This document shows, piece by piece, positions 47,372 to 59,075 of a stretch of DNA of 64,000 nt. Position 1 is the first letter of the stretch. Each line of letters opens with the position of its first letter. The notes under the pieces are model-generated. The model saw only the letters and a list, made by a program, of their open reading frames with translations. It did no database searches and was not told where the DNA came from. The stretch spans positions 14,756,001 to 14,820,000 of the forward strand of contig NC_043013.1 in NCBI RefSeq assembly GCF_006345805.1, in the 5' to 3' direction. The translations under genes were made by a program, and so were the position numbers. The stretch comes from Octopus sinensis (Eukaryota).

Positions 47372-47963
47372 GAGATCTTGACATTAGTCAGGATTCAAAC
47401 ATCGGCGAGGAAGCAATTGGCAGTATTAGGAGAGACTCTCGTCCATCTTTGCACCAAATCATCCATGCAGAAAAGATGAATTTCGAAGCAAAACTGTCAA
47501 GGGCTGCTCGTCGGAAACAGTGGCTGAAGGTCAATCAACAACTTTTGCGCACGCTTCTTAGCTACTGCATTCTACAAGGTTCCGGAACTGGCGGTTTAGC
47601 ATCAGTTCAGATGGAGTTGCTTCTTCTGCTGCAAGAACTGCAACAGGAACGCACCCAGCAACAGCTGCTCTCACCGTTGCCATTCCCGACAACGCTACCT
47701 CTACTTTCTGCCAGTATTGCCAGTTCAAAGACAGTCATTGCTGATCCAATCCAATATTTGCAAAACCTAACTCAGGATTTGTTGCACTCAATCGTAGAGT
47801 TTTCTATGCCACCTAGCCTCAATTGCCAAACGAATATCGTGTGGATGATGCGCAACCTCAGCGTTGCTCTGTCATCGTCCATTTACCAATGCTTGTGTGA
47901 CATAGATAATTCCATGATTAATCAAAACCAAAGAACAGAGATGGGTCTTGAAGGATTTACTAG
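47372..47963 (+). CDS. DMXL2: DMXL exon: ...WLKVNQQLLRTLLSYC...GGLASVQMEL...SPLPFPTTLPLLSASIAS...
   Basis: acacag|GA...ACTAG|gtgagt; 592 nt, phase 1 to 2. Confidence 0.96.
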
Positions 47964-48998
47964 GTGAGTACAATGATTTAGATTTTATTTGAGAAATTGT
48001 TTTCATTTCTAAAACAAGCAAAAGTCTTTAGGGTCGGGGGGCCCCAACCACTGAGCCTGGGATCATTTGGTATCAAGTCACACAGAAAGAATATATATAT
48101 TTAAATTTTATTTCTGTATTATCGACTATTACAGCCTGCAAGGTGTTTTTGCATTATACGTGTATTATATATGTAAATATATTATGCACTTTATTTTGTT
48201 TTGTTATGTGGACGATGCCCCAATCCATGGAAAAATTGCCTTGCATAAAAACTGTCCATGGTGCAAAAATGGTTGGGATCCACTGCTTTAGAAGCAAAAA
48301 CATATAACTGTTACATCTAGCAGATTACATAGAGGTTACCTTGTTGGTTCATCAAAGTTGTATAAATTATTGCTCTGCAATTATATAGGTCCAGAGTCAA
48401 TCTGATGCATAGCACTTTCGACAGTTTTTGTTTCCAGTATATTTTTGAGTCAGTTCAAACCTTGGGATTAAATTGGTCAGATAGAAACTACTTTTATGTC
48501 TAAGGAATAGATTGCTTTTTTTTTTTTTGTAGGGATGAGGTTGCACCTAATCCATCATCCAATTGAATCCTTTCACTGTGAAAATAAATATTTCATGGTT
48601 ATTCCAGTAACGATGTTTGGATATCTACCAAATGGTAGAATTGGTAATTTTTTGCTAGTCATATTGCTTTAGTAAACTTGACATATCCCAACAGGAAATG
48701 TTTCCTCAAAAAGGTAGATTGGTATATAAATTGCTTTCTGCAGTTAAGGGAAACGAAATTTTGAGTGAAACATATCTGCCTTCTGCAGTAATAGAATACT
48801 AATACTATTACTACTTGTCCCTTGGTTGCATTTAGCAAACTAGATTACTGGTCCTCCACTGATCATACAGGTCCTGGGTGCTGCTCTTTCTAGCAACTTA
48901 CCAAGTTATAAATAAATATTTCTTTAAATGCCCTATCAGAGATAAAATGATAAACTCTATTTTTTCCTTCCTCCCTGCAACCAAACCTTATTTTTCAG

Positions 48999-49067
48999 AG
49001 AACAGACACGAAAAACTATGCGACGTAATTATAAAATGTCTAGAAGACATTCTGGACAATTCCCCAG
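48999..49067 (+). CDS. DMXL2: Candidate 69-nt symmetric exon of DMXL (REQTRKTMRRNYKMSRRHSGQFP)
   Basis: Strong pyrimidine tract then tttttcag|A...CCCAG|gtatct; phase 2 to 2 matches its flanks; open frame. Confidence 0.58.
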
Positions 49068-49859
49068 GTATCTCTGTCATACTCGGTTCTATCCCTTTCA
49101 GACATATATATTGTTTATACACACACACACACACACACACACACATGCACTGATATACATGTGTTTATATGCATGCATGCATACATATTGTATATTTGTG
49201 TATATTCCTAAGTATTTTTGAATGCAAGTTGGAAATAAAGGAATTATGACGGAAACAAAAATTAACATTTTTATATGTCAATATTTTGGCTTAAAAAGCC
49301 CCTTTCAAATCAAGATTGGGCTTCAATATTTTATTAAGAATGGATTCTTTTATTTCCAGATTTTCAATAACAATAATTCCTTCAGTGGTTTTGTTTGATG
49401 GTAACTAAAATGTCTTGATTACAATAATTTCTCATCAAAGAAATATTCATGTGAACATGTTCTTTTACACATATGGTGCAGTTTGAAAATGTCACACTTA
49501 TTGCATGCCATATTTGCTCACTGCATAAGATTTTTATCCTCTAATATTTATCACCCCAAAATAGCCTCATATTATAAATCCCAACTGAAGCTAAACAGTT
49601 CCAGTAACAGTAATTTCTAAAGCTGTTACACATGACAGCAGTTACTACTGTTATCTGCCAAGTGATCTGGAGGGAAAAACTGGATATGCAACCACAATCT
49701 CTGAGCCTTCCTGAGAAAATGTCCGTTTCACAATCAGCCCCAACACAGCAATAGTGTGTGTACAGTGGCCAACTACCCAATCTACAAGGTGGATATGTAT
49801 TCATGATCTAATATAGTATACTAAATAGCATATAATATGCTCAAAAGGTATTACATTGG

Positions 49860-50095
49860 ATAAAGGCGGTGAGTTGGCAGAATCGTTAGCACACCGGGCG
49901 AAATGCTCAGCGGTATTTCCTCTGACGCTACATTCTGAGTTCAAATTCCACCGAGGTCGACTTTGCTTTTCATCCTTTCGGGGTCAATTAAATAAGTACC
50001 AGTTACACACTGGGGTCGATATAAGCGACTTAATCCATTTGTCTGTCCTTGTTTGTCCTCACTGTGTTTAGCCCCTTGTGGGTAATAAAGAAATA
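49860..50095 (+). mobile_element. SINE family 1, tailless subfamily, 13-bp TSD
   Basis: TSD GGTATTACATTGG at 49847-49859 and 50096-50108. Confidence 0.88.
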
Positions 50096-51297
50096 GGTAT
50101 TACATTGGCACTGGGATACCGTTTGCAAACTGCAGGTCTGTATCAATGGAACACATTTACACAAATGTGTCTTTGGTTTGAAAACCTCTTGAAGATAAGT
50201 TATAACCAGAACATATCACCCTCAGAAATGCAGAATGGAATATTAGAAATATGAGAAGAGACCATCATCATTTTAACAACCACTTTTCTATGCTCACATG
50301 GGCCAGGTAGAATTTGTCACGACAGGTTTTCTCTAGCCAAATGCCCTTCCTGTCACCAACCATCACTTGTATGCAAGTAAAGCAATATTTCCCACAGCCA
50401 GACCAGACTTCAAAGAAGATTGGAAACAATGGACACCACTTGTGTAACTGTGACTTTTGTTTACAACTGTCACATGATATCAAGAAAAGGAGTCCCTCTC
50501 ATACATGCATGCATGGTAGTGATGTCACGTAAAATGAACCCACTTCACTCTGTAAAGTGGTTGGCATTAGGAATGGCATCCAGCTGTAGAAGACAAGCCA
50601 AAGTAGACAACAGAATTTAGTGTAGTCCTGTCAAACCATCCAACACATGCCAGCATGGAAAATGGACATTAAATGATGATGATGGTAATAGGCTTCTCTC
50701 AGTTTCTATTTGCCAAATTTAGTCACAAAGCTGTAGATGACCCCTGGACTATAGTAGAAGACACTTGCCCAAGGTGTCATTGCCACACAGAAGGGCTGAA
50801 TCCAAAATCATGTGCTTGAGAAACAAACTTAATTACATGGACACCTGCACCATTTTCAATAATTAATTTATTAAAGTGCACCATCAACCACAAAGTTAAC
50901 TGCCCAATTTAACACTACCTGTCTCTGAATGTCACAACTTATTTCCCCATTTCTCTATATAAGTATGCAGAACAGAGCTAAGATCAGTCATTGTTTTATC
51001 TTGATGTGGGCCTTTTTTGCCAAAATATTGTAAAAAGAGATAAAAAAGTATAAATCTTTGTTTGGCCTTTGTCTTTTTACCCCAACTTGCGACAGTGTGA
51101 AGTTGTAATTCACTTTTAACAGCATTCCACAATGCTTGTTATGAACTACAATATATATATATATATTTGAGTGTGTGTGGGTGAGTGTGTGTACATACAT
51201 ACATACATACATACATGTATGTATGTATATAGATATATCTTTAAGTGTTTTATCCGAAGTGCCTGGATATAGCTTCCTTTGAACTTGTCACCCAATG

Positions 51298-51299
<2 letters not shown>

Positions 51300-51392
<93 letters not shown>
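51300..51392. repeat. (TA)n microsatellite
   Basis: About 45 units with one interruption. Confidence 0.95.
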
Positions 51393-51396
<4 letters not shown>

Positions 51397-52272
51397 CCAG
51401 TTGTTAATCCAATCACAGCTCGTTCATAACATGTACTTCCACTCTAACTCTTGCCCTTGATACCCACCTACCTATTGTTTTATTTAAAATATAGTCCATT
51501 TGGCCTATTGTTTTATCCACCCTACTCCTTATTACTTTTTATATATAAATCTTATTGCTTAATCAATCCCTTGGACTCAATATTTTACCACCTGTAATAC
51601 TTGGTAATTTATCAGCAACTGTACTTATGGTTTTATCAGATACAGTGCTGTTTTTATCAATTATCCCTGCTAATGTTTGGATTGTGGTTCTGTCCCAAAA
51701 CAGCTGTGATTTTCCTTCCAAAGTTAAGTGTTATTTCTTCTCTAAACTCCAGTTTTTATAATCCTCCTTGTAACTTAACCATCATTTCTGTATAAGCCAC
51801 ATCTTATTCTAACATGTCCCAAATCCTGACTCACCACTCATAAATACCCACTTCTATGACCCTGTTTTCTACTTTGTTTTACATTTTCCATTTACTGATT
51901 AATTTTATTGGAATTGTAAACATCTTTGTGTTTGTATTACTGTTGTTATTGTTGTCGTTGTTTACCATTTTGGTTTTTAAACCAGCCATGTCTGGCGCAA
52001 ATATTCTACCTATTTCATGTTCAAATTCTCCAGATCTGGCCTCTTACAATATCATTCTAAAACTAAACTATCACATCATTGAAATCTCAACTCCACAAGA
52101 CGATGCATGATTATTTCAAAATGATATGAATCAATAAACATTATTTGAAACGGTAACCTGAATGCCAAAGGATTAACTCCAAATCTGCCCTGATCCAGCA
52201 GACCATCTTCAATTATTTTTCTCTCGTTCACAGATATAATACCATATATTTTTTGGCATACAAATCAATGTA

Positions 52273-53792
52273 CACCCAGAACCATGCTAATAGCGTAGGA
52301 GGGAAATTTAGGAATTCTTGGTTTTCTGTAAATCAGTTTTGATAAAACTTTTCCCAACTGGTTTGCACACTATGGCAACATCATTGTTGTTCTCATTATT
52401 CTGTGTATTATTCTTTTTTTTATTTCAGATTCTTCAGTTTTTGGGTGAACCACGCTAATACCTTTGCTCCTCTCTAAGAAGAAAGGGACATGGAAAAGGT
52501 CTTAATGATGAAGAAAAGTCTGTCATCATCAAAGAAAGTGCTAAAGGCACCTCTTTTCGTGTCATTGCAGAGAAGTTAGGTCATCGTGTGGGCACAGCTA
52601 GACAATTCCTGAAGGACCTTTTGCCAGGGCAGAAGCAATCCAATTGTGGGATCTCCAAGACTGTGACAGCTAGGGATTTAAGGAATATTCTCCGCAAATT
52701 ACATGGGAAACCTGGAGAAACAAGCAAAGCCATTTTCACTGCCTTTGGACATTCTCATGTACCAAAAACCACTAGAAATTGCATCCTCAGGACCATGGCT
52801 TCTGTGTGAGAACCCCTTAAACTGCCCTATCACAAGAGTTTGAAGCTTCAATAGGCCCAAAAGTATATGACATTAGACACAAGTTGTGTCCTGTTCACTG
52901 ATGGTTGGGCAAATGGTTGGGTCTATTTTGGAGATGAGAGTCACCAACGTCTATAACGTCAGCAACAGGATGGAGGAGTCACATTGTGGGCTGGTTTTAT
53001 TGGGGAGAGACTTGTTGGCCGAGTTGGGGTACCTGAATGGGTTAATGCAGTTACTTTAAACTGCAGCTGCTTACTGCAATCTCCTGAAGGAGGCCTTGGA
53101 TCCCTGGCTAGGGGATATACCGCTGTCGCTTCTAAGGAATCTTGTATTCATGTATGACAATGCTCCTCCCCCCCCACTCTGCTAGGGCCACCCAAACATT
53201 CCTAGGTCCTTATGGCATACAGGGTAAAAGGTTGATATGGCCACCAGCATCTCCAGATCTCAACTCTATCGAAAATCTTTGGTCCATCATTAAACAAGAT
53301 GTTTATGCCGATGGACACCAATTTACATCGAAAGATGTCTTATGGGCGACCATCAAAGCTGCAGCAGAGGCAGTCCAACCTTCTACTATTAAGAAATTAA
53401 CAGATTCCATGACTCATAGGGTTTTTGAAGTTATCCGTCGAAATGACGCTCATGTGTCTAAATAACTCATTATGTCAATAAATATTATATTATTGTGGTT
53501 TTTTGTTAAATATATACTCAATGTATGCTTAATATGTATCATTACTCTTCATTTTCTGAAAAAAAAAAATGTCTAGATGGGCTCTTTTCATTCAAAACCT
53601 ATTAGCGTGGTTCACCCAAAAATTGAAGAATCTGAAATAAAAAAAGAAAGGATGTCGCCCAGAATAATGAAAACATAACAATGGTGTTGCCATAGTGTGC
53701 AAACCGGCTGGGAAATGTTTTATCAAAATCGATTCACAGAAAACCAAGAAGTCTTGAATTACACTCCTCATCTAATAGCGTGGTTCTAGGTG
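52273..53792 (+). mobile_element. Tc1-family DNA transposon fossil, IR/DR type, 1520 bp
   Basis: TA TSD (52271-72, 53793-94); ~190-bp TIRs, each with two GAACCACGCTA(A/T)TA repeats; central transposase. Confidence 0.9.
52486..53465 (+). pseudogene. Tc1-like transposase pseudogene
   Basis: HTH-like EEKSVII...G.S.R.IAEKLG; VLFTD; MYDNA; WPPASPDLNSIENLWSIIK; stops and frameshifts, no ATG. Confidence 0.9.
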
Positions 53793-54153
53793 TAGTATAT
53801 AGTGTAAACGTGTTGCTTAAACATTCAAACATCATCATTATCTTTCCAAATCCTACTTCATTTTTACATGAAATTTTTGATCTTCCCAAGTCAGCTACAT
53901 TTTGGGCTGAAAATGTTGATCTGAAAATTTTCATCTGTATACCAGAAGATATGGTATATCTAAGATTATGTCCAATATGTCTTTTGTTTTGTTTTTTTTG
54001 TTAAAGATTGTTGGGTGTGATTTGAAGATTTTGTTATAGTAGCTGTATTAAAAGGGTAGGGTGAGGGCAGTGACACCCTTTGATTTGTGTTCACAACCAT
54101 CAAAGATTCTAACGTCTTAAATTTAAAAAGAAAACAAACATTGTTATTTTCAG

Positions 54154-54269
54154 TCATAACATCTCTTGCCAAGCAAACAATCTGATGTCAGGATTGAACC
54201 CCCAACGACGTCGTTTACCCAGTAGTGTATGTGAAGAGGCTGTGAACACTTCACCTTCTAAGTGGCCAG
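54154..54269 (+). CDS. DMXL2: DMXL exon: ...RRRLPSSVCEEAVNTSPSKWPG
   Basis: ttttcag|T...CCAG|gtaaac; 116 nt, phase 2 to 1; resembles RRRLR...NSSPAQWPG. Confidence 0.92.
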
Positions 54270-54419
54270 GTAAACACAATCTTTTTCACTTTACAAACCT
54301 TTTATTGGCTATTCTATTCCATGTCACTTTTTCATTGGTCATCTATGAAGAAATGTGCTACCAGGTTTTTTTAATGTTGGAATTGACTTCTTAAATTCTG
54401 TAGGTTGTCAGAATATTTT

Positions 54420-54735
54420 TAATGGTGTTTTAGATATGTAAATGTGTTTATACATTGAAGAGTGGTGCTCCTTGTCTAAAGTTTAACACTTCATTAATCT
54501 TGATACTAATGGTGTTAGATATGTCAGTGTATTCATATAGAGTTGTGTATCTTGTCTAAGGTTTAACACCTTATTATTCTTAATACTGATGATGTTAGAT
54601 ATGTTGATGTATTTACATAGTGGTATGTCTTGTCTTAAGTTTTACTTTTGTATTCTTTATACTAATGGTGTGGTGTTAACTATCTCAGTGTATTCATACA
54701 GAGTGATGTGTCTTGCCTAAGATTTAACATTTTAG
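54420..54735. repeat. Degenerate ~80-bp tandem repeat, 4 copies
   Basis: Units start near 54421, 54508, 54588 and 54665 (AATGGTGTTAGATATGT...CTTGTCTAAG.TTTAAC). Confidence 0.75.
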
Positions 54736-55023
54736 TATTTTAAAATTATTTATGAATAAATTATATATAGTTCTTTATCTAAATTACTTATGAATAAATT
54801 ATATCATAGCAATAAATTATAGAAAGTTTGCCTCTGTTTTATACGTAACTTTTAAAAAAAATATTAACTGCATGAGTAAAAAGAAACACTAAAATATGCA
54901 ATACCAAAAGTGAAATAATCATTCAAGATTCTCTTTTTTTGTTCTAAACTAACAGCAAAAAGGAAAACCAGCATCAAAAACTAAATTTTCACTACTTTAA
55001 AGAACTATTTTTTGATCTTTCAG

Positions 55024-55269
55024 GTGTGACATCTTTACGTGTCCTATTAGTTCGTGAGCGTGATGAGGAATCTCCAAGGTTAGATGTACTCTTATGTGAA
55101 TCATTGGTGGCTGTCTACATGTGTCTGCTCATCAATGGCCTAGCTACTTATGATGTCCACCTACTCTATAGACTTGTAGCCCACAAGTTGGACAAGCAGA
55201 CGTGGGCAGCACTGTTTGGAGGAGGTGTTAAGACTGTAATCAAAAGAAATTCTGTTCTTCTCCCCAAAG
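55024..55269 (+). CDS. DMXL2: DMXL exon: VTSLRVLL...LDVLLCESLVAVY...WAALFGGGVK
   Basis: tttcag|GT...AAAG|gtaaga; 246 nt, phase 1 to 1. Confidence 0.95.
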
Positions 55270-55559
55270 GTAAGAAACCCAATCAGCTATTCCCTCTTGC
55301 TTCATCAATCATCTGTTTTCAACTTCTTTTATTGTCTTTTTTCCCCTTCCTTCCAACTCTAATTTCAAATCCTGTCAATGTCGATTTTGCATTTCAAAGT
55401 ACCAGCAAAGTACTACTCAGGTTGATAAAATTGATATATTCAACTAATCCCTCCCCTCAAAATTGCTGGCTTTGTGCCTAAATCAATTATAAAGACTGCA
55501 AGCTGGCAGAATCATTACCATACTGGACAAAATGCCTAATGGTATTTTTTTCATCCTTA

Positions 55560-55791
55560 AGGCAGCGAGCTGGCAGAACCATTAGCATGCTGGGCAAAAT
55601 GCTTAGTGGTATTTCGTCTGCAGTTACGTTCTGAGTTCAAATTCCGCCAAGGTCGACTTTGCTTTTCATCCTTTCGGGGCCAATAAATTAAGTACCAGTT
55701 ATGCACTGGGGTCGATATAATCGACTTAATCCGTTTGTCTGTCCTTGTTTGTCCTCTCTGTGTTTAGCCCCTTGTGGGTAGTAAAGAAATA
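55560..55791 (+). mobile_element. SINE family 1, tailless subfamily, 19-bp TSD, nested in an older family-1 copy
   Basis: TSD GGTATTTTTTTCATCCTTA at 55541-55559 and 55792-55810. Confidence 0.9.
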
Positions 55792-56289
55792 GGTATTTTT
55801 TTCATCCTTATATTCTGAGTTTAAATTCTGCCATGGTTGACTTTTAGATTTTGAAGAATTGTTAGAGCTGTCTTGCAGTGGGAAGTTGTCTTAAATCCTT
55901 CTGTCCTGATAAGAACACCTGCAACAATACTCATACTAAGCTCAGTCATTAGCTACCTTTTTTTCCCTTGGTTAACACCACTAGCATGGAGAGGGAAACG
56001 TTTGTCATGGGTATAACTTGAGGATAAGCAACTACAGGAAGAAAGGATACATGAAATAATGTTGTCCAAGGTACACTATGTCGAAAAAAGAAGAAGACAG
56101 GATAGTAATACCTTTGATCATAGATCTGCTCAATGATATGTGCATGTTTGGGAATTTGTGGTTTTCCATTCAAAAGGAATCTTGTTCGGTCTTATAGCTT
56201 GGGACAGGTTGGACATCTCATCTGACATGCATTTGATCATTGTTTCTCTTACATAATTTAGCTAAAGTGACCCTCAACTTTGCATTTAG

Positions 56290-56429
56290 GTCCTGTGGAT
56301 GATGCCGCTAAGCATAGAATGAAAGTTCATATGAAGGCAATGGGTTCAGTAAGGAAAGATGAAAGACAAACATACGAAGAAAGATTTGTGCCGCCTGAAC
56401 TAAGTATGATCACTTATTTCATGACAAAG
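56290..56429 (+). CDS. DMXL2: DMXL exon: ...YEERFVPPELSMITYFMTK
   Basis: atttag|GT...AAG|gtaagc; 140 nt, phase 1 to 0. Confidence 0.94.
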
Positions 56430-56660
56430 GTAAGCGTTTCTTGCTGCAAACTTTTCGCGTTCTTTATTACAAACGGTATTTATATAATTATATAAGTTCG
56501 TGTGTTGAAGCAGATTCTGTTGTGTCTGGGGAGAGTCATTTTCTTTTTGTGCCTTATAATGTAACACACTCACCGGTAAAATTTCCACTTTTTTTCTTAT
56601 TTATATTTATATATTTATTTATTTTTTTATATGCTTCCCACCCAGTCCTTGCTTCCTCAG

Positions 56661-56738
56661 AATATTGCAACTCTTCACCCTGACAGAACTGTTGCTATTG
56701 AACTTTCAAGAATTAGTAGTAACAATTCCGAGATGGAC
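56661..56738 (+). CDS. DMXL2: Candidate 78-nt cassette exon (93 nt with the upstream acceptor at 56646): (SLLPQ)NIATLHPDRTVAIELSRISSNNSEMD
   Basis: Two in-frame CAG acceptors after a strong pyrimidine tract; phase 0 to 0; weak donor GAC|gtgaag. Confidence 0.38.
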
Positions 56739-57393
56739 GTGAAGATTTTTTTTTTTATATAAGAGTTATTCCCCTTGTTTATTTTTTTTCGGACATTCAT
56801 CTATTTCTGATGACTTTTAACTTTTTATTGGATAATTCACATGATACTCTCAGATTAATCAAAATTATTCAACTCGTATTACATACATGTCGTCCCATAC
56901 AATTTGCTTGTCATGTCAGATGGCATTTCACATAATTTATTGTATTGAAGTTTGCCCTGCCCATGTCAGCAACTCTGTATAGAACAGTTTAACCTTTTAG
57001 CATTTAAACCAGCCATATCAGGCCAAAAGTATTCTGCCTGTTTTATGTTCAAACTGGCCAGATCTGGTCTCTCACAATAACCCTACAATATTGTTTTAAA
57101 AATTAACAGAGGCTTTAAAATAAAAAACAAATCAGTACTGGAGTAAATACATTTGACTAAAAATTCTTCAAGACGGGTGCCCTTGTATGGCTGCAGTCTG
57201 ATGACTGAAATAAATGAAAGATAAAAGTGGCTGTGTGGTAAGTAGCTTGCTTACCAACCACATGGTTCCGGTTTCAGTCTCACTGTGTGGCACCTTGGGC
57301 AAGTGTCTTCTACTATAGCCTTGGGCCGACCAAAGCCTTGTGAGTGGATTTGGTAGATGGAAACTGAAAGAAGCCCGTCATATATATGTATGT

Positions 57394-57427
<34 letters not shown>

Positions 57428-58132
57428 ATGTTTGTATGTGTGTGTGTGTATATGTTTGTGTGTGTGTGTGTATATGTTTGTATATGTGTGTGTGTGTGTA
57501 TGTTTGTATATGTGTGTTTGTATGTGTGTATGTTTGTATGTATGTGTGTATATGTTTGTATATGTGTGTGTATATGTTTGTGTATCTGTGTGTGTGTATA
57601 TGTTTGTGTATCTATGTGTGTGTGTATATGTTTGTGTATCTATGTATGTATGTAGAAATATATGTGCGTTTGTGTCTGTGTTTATCCCCCCAACATCGCT
57701 TGACAACCGATGCTGGTCTGTTTACGTCCCCGTAACTTAGCAGTTCGGCAAAAGAGACCAATAGAATAAGTACTAGGCTTACAAAGAATAAGTCCTGGGG
57801 TCGATCTGCTCGACTAAAGGTGGTGCTCCAGAATGGCCAGTCAAATGACTGAAGCAAGTAAAAGAGTAAAACCAATCTCTTGCTTGTGTAATTACTCCTA
57901 TAACTACTGTATCATTTATTCCTTCCCTTTTGCATCCTCCTCCTGTATCTCTGAGGTTCTTTCTCTTTCACTGTCAGTGGAGCCAGTAAAGTGCCACCTG
58001 AGACTCCTGAGTTTTGCTTATGACAAGTAGGGACACTTAACACTCAACTACCAATAATATTGTACTAGTGGCAATTGCAAAATATCAAGACCCCATGTGT
58101 GTATATATGTATGTTGTTCAAACTGTGTTTAT

Positions 58133-58904
58133 CTCTTTAGCATTTAATCCAGCAAATACTCTACCTGTTTATGTTCAAAGCAACCAGATCCACCCTCTCA
58201 CACCTACTCTACAATGTCGTTTTATTGGGTTGTCTGAAAAGTTCGTGCCGATTTATAGTAGCTTACCTTTCGACTTATTTTAAAACATGGTTGAGTCCAT
58301 AAAATAGGATTTGACTACTCCTCCATTTAGAGCACAGTTTAAGCTATCTTTTCGTGGAAGAAGGTTTATGTTCCTATAACCTATGTTAATTCTGTAACCC
58401 TTTAAAATGGAAGATAAAAAAGTTCACTTTCGGCACTTGATGCTTTGAGAACCAGACAAAAATTGCTGCAGCTCAGCTGGGATGTGTTACCCCACCCTCC
58501 ATATTCACCAGATATTGCTCCTTTGGATTTCCACTTATTCTGTTCTCTGCAGAATAGTCTTAATGATAAAAATTTCAATTCCTTGGATGACATAAAAGAT
58601 ACCGTGATGAATTCTTTGCCATGAAACCACCTCAATTCTGGGAAGAGGGTATTTTCAAGTTAAAGGAAAGATAGAGATGCATTGTGCAACAAAATGGTTC
58701 ATATTTGGTTGATTATAAATGTAATGGCAAGTATTTATTGACCTTTTTCTTTCCTTTAAAAATCGGCACAAGCTTTTTGGACAACCCAATAAAAATATAC
58801 AAACACTCCATTGAAATCTTGAAGCGATAAAATGAATGCATGATTAATTCAAAACGTGAATAAATAAGCATTACATTAGACAAAGTAATCTGGTTGTTAA
58901 AGGG
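58133..58904. mobile_element. piggyBac-like MITE family B split by a mariner insertion
   Basis: Family-B sequence on both sides of 58225-58789; ends AAAGGG|TTAA. Confidence 0.7.
58225..58789 (+). mobile_element. mariner internal-deletion derivative (565 bp)
   Basis: TA TSD; TIR TTGGGTTGTC(T/C)(G/A)AAAAG.T.GTGCCGATTT; MEDKKF N-terminus joined to QLSWDVLPHPPYSPDIAPLDFHLF...NGSYLVD. Confidence 0.9.
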
Positions 58905-58941
58905 TTAATAAATATTTTACTTCTCTGTGGTCATTCTACAG

Positions 58942-59075
58942 CCATTCCTGTCAGCATCCAATTCCATCATCAGCTACGATTCTGATACATCTCTGTCGGA
59001 CGAAGAAGAGGATGATATTGAGTCTCAAGAAGAAGAAGATGACAAAATATGGACTTCAGGGAGACCAACAACACT
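58942..59075 (+). CDS. DMXL2: DMXL exon: PFLSASNSIISYDSD...
   Basis: ctacag|CCA...ACT|gtgagt; 134 nt, phase 0 to 2; resembles PFLPLSDSGVIYDSD. Confidence 0.93.

Noticed and set aside
49600-49800. GC-richer unique stretch as a possible extra exon
   Set aside because: All three frames are interrupted, or lack a phase-2-compatible acceptor/donor pair.
57978-58026. Strong acceptor followed by a 49-nt possible exon
   Set aside because: In the required phase 0 it reads TGG AGC CAG TAA; no support as coding, and a poison-exon role cannot be tested from sequence alone.
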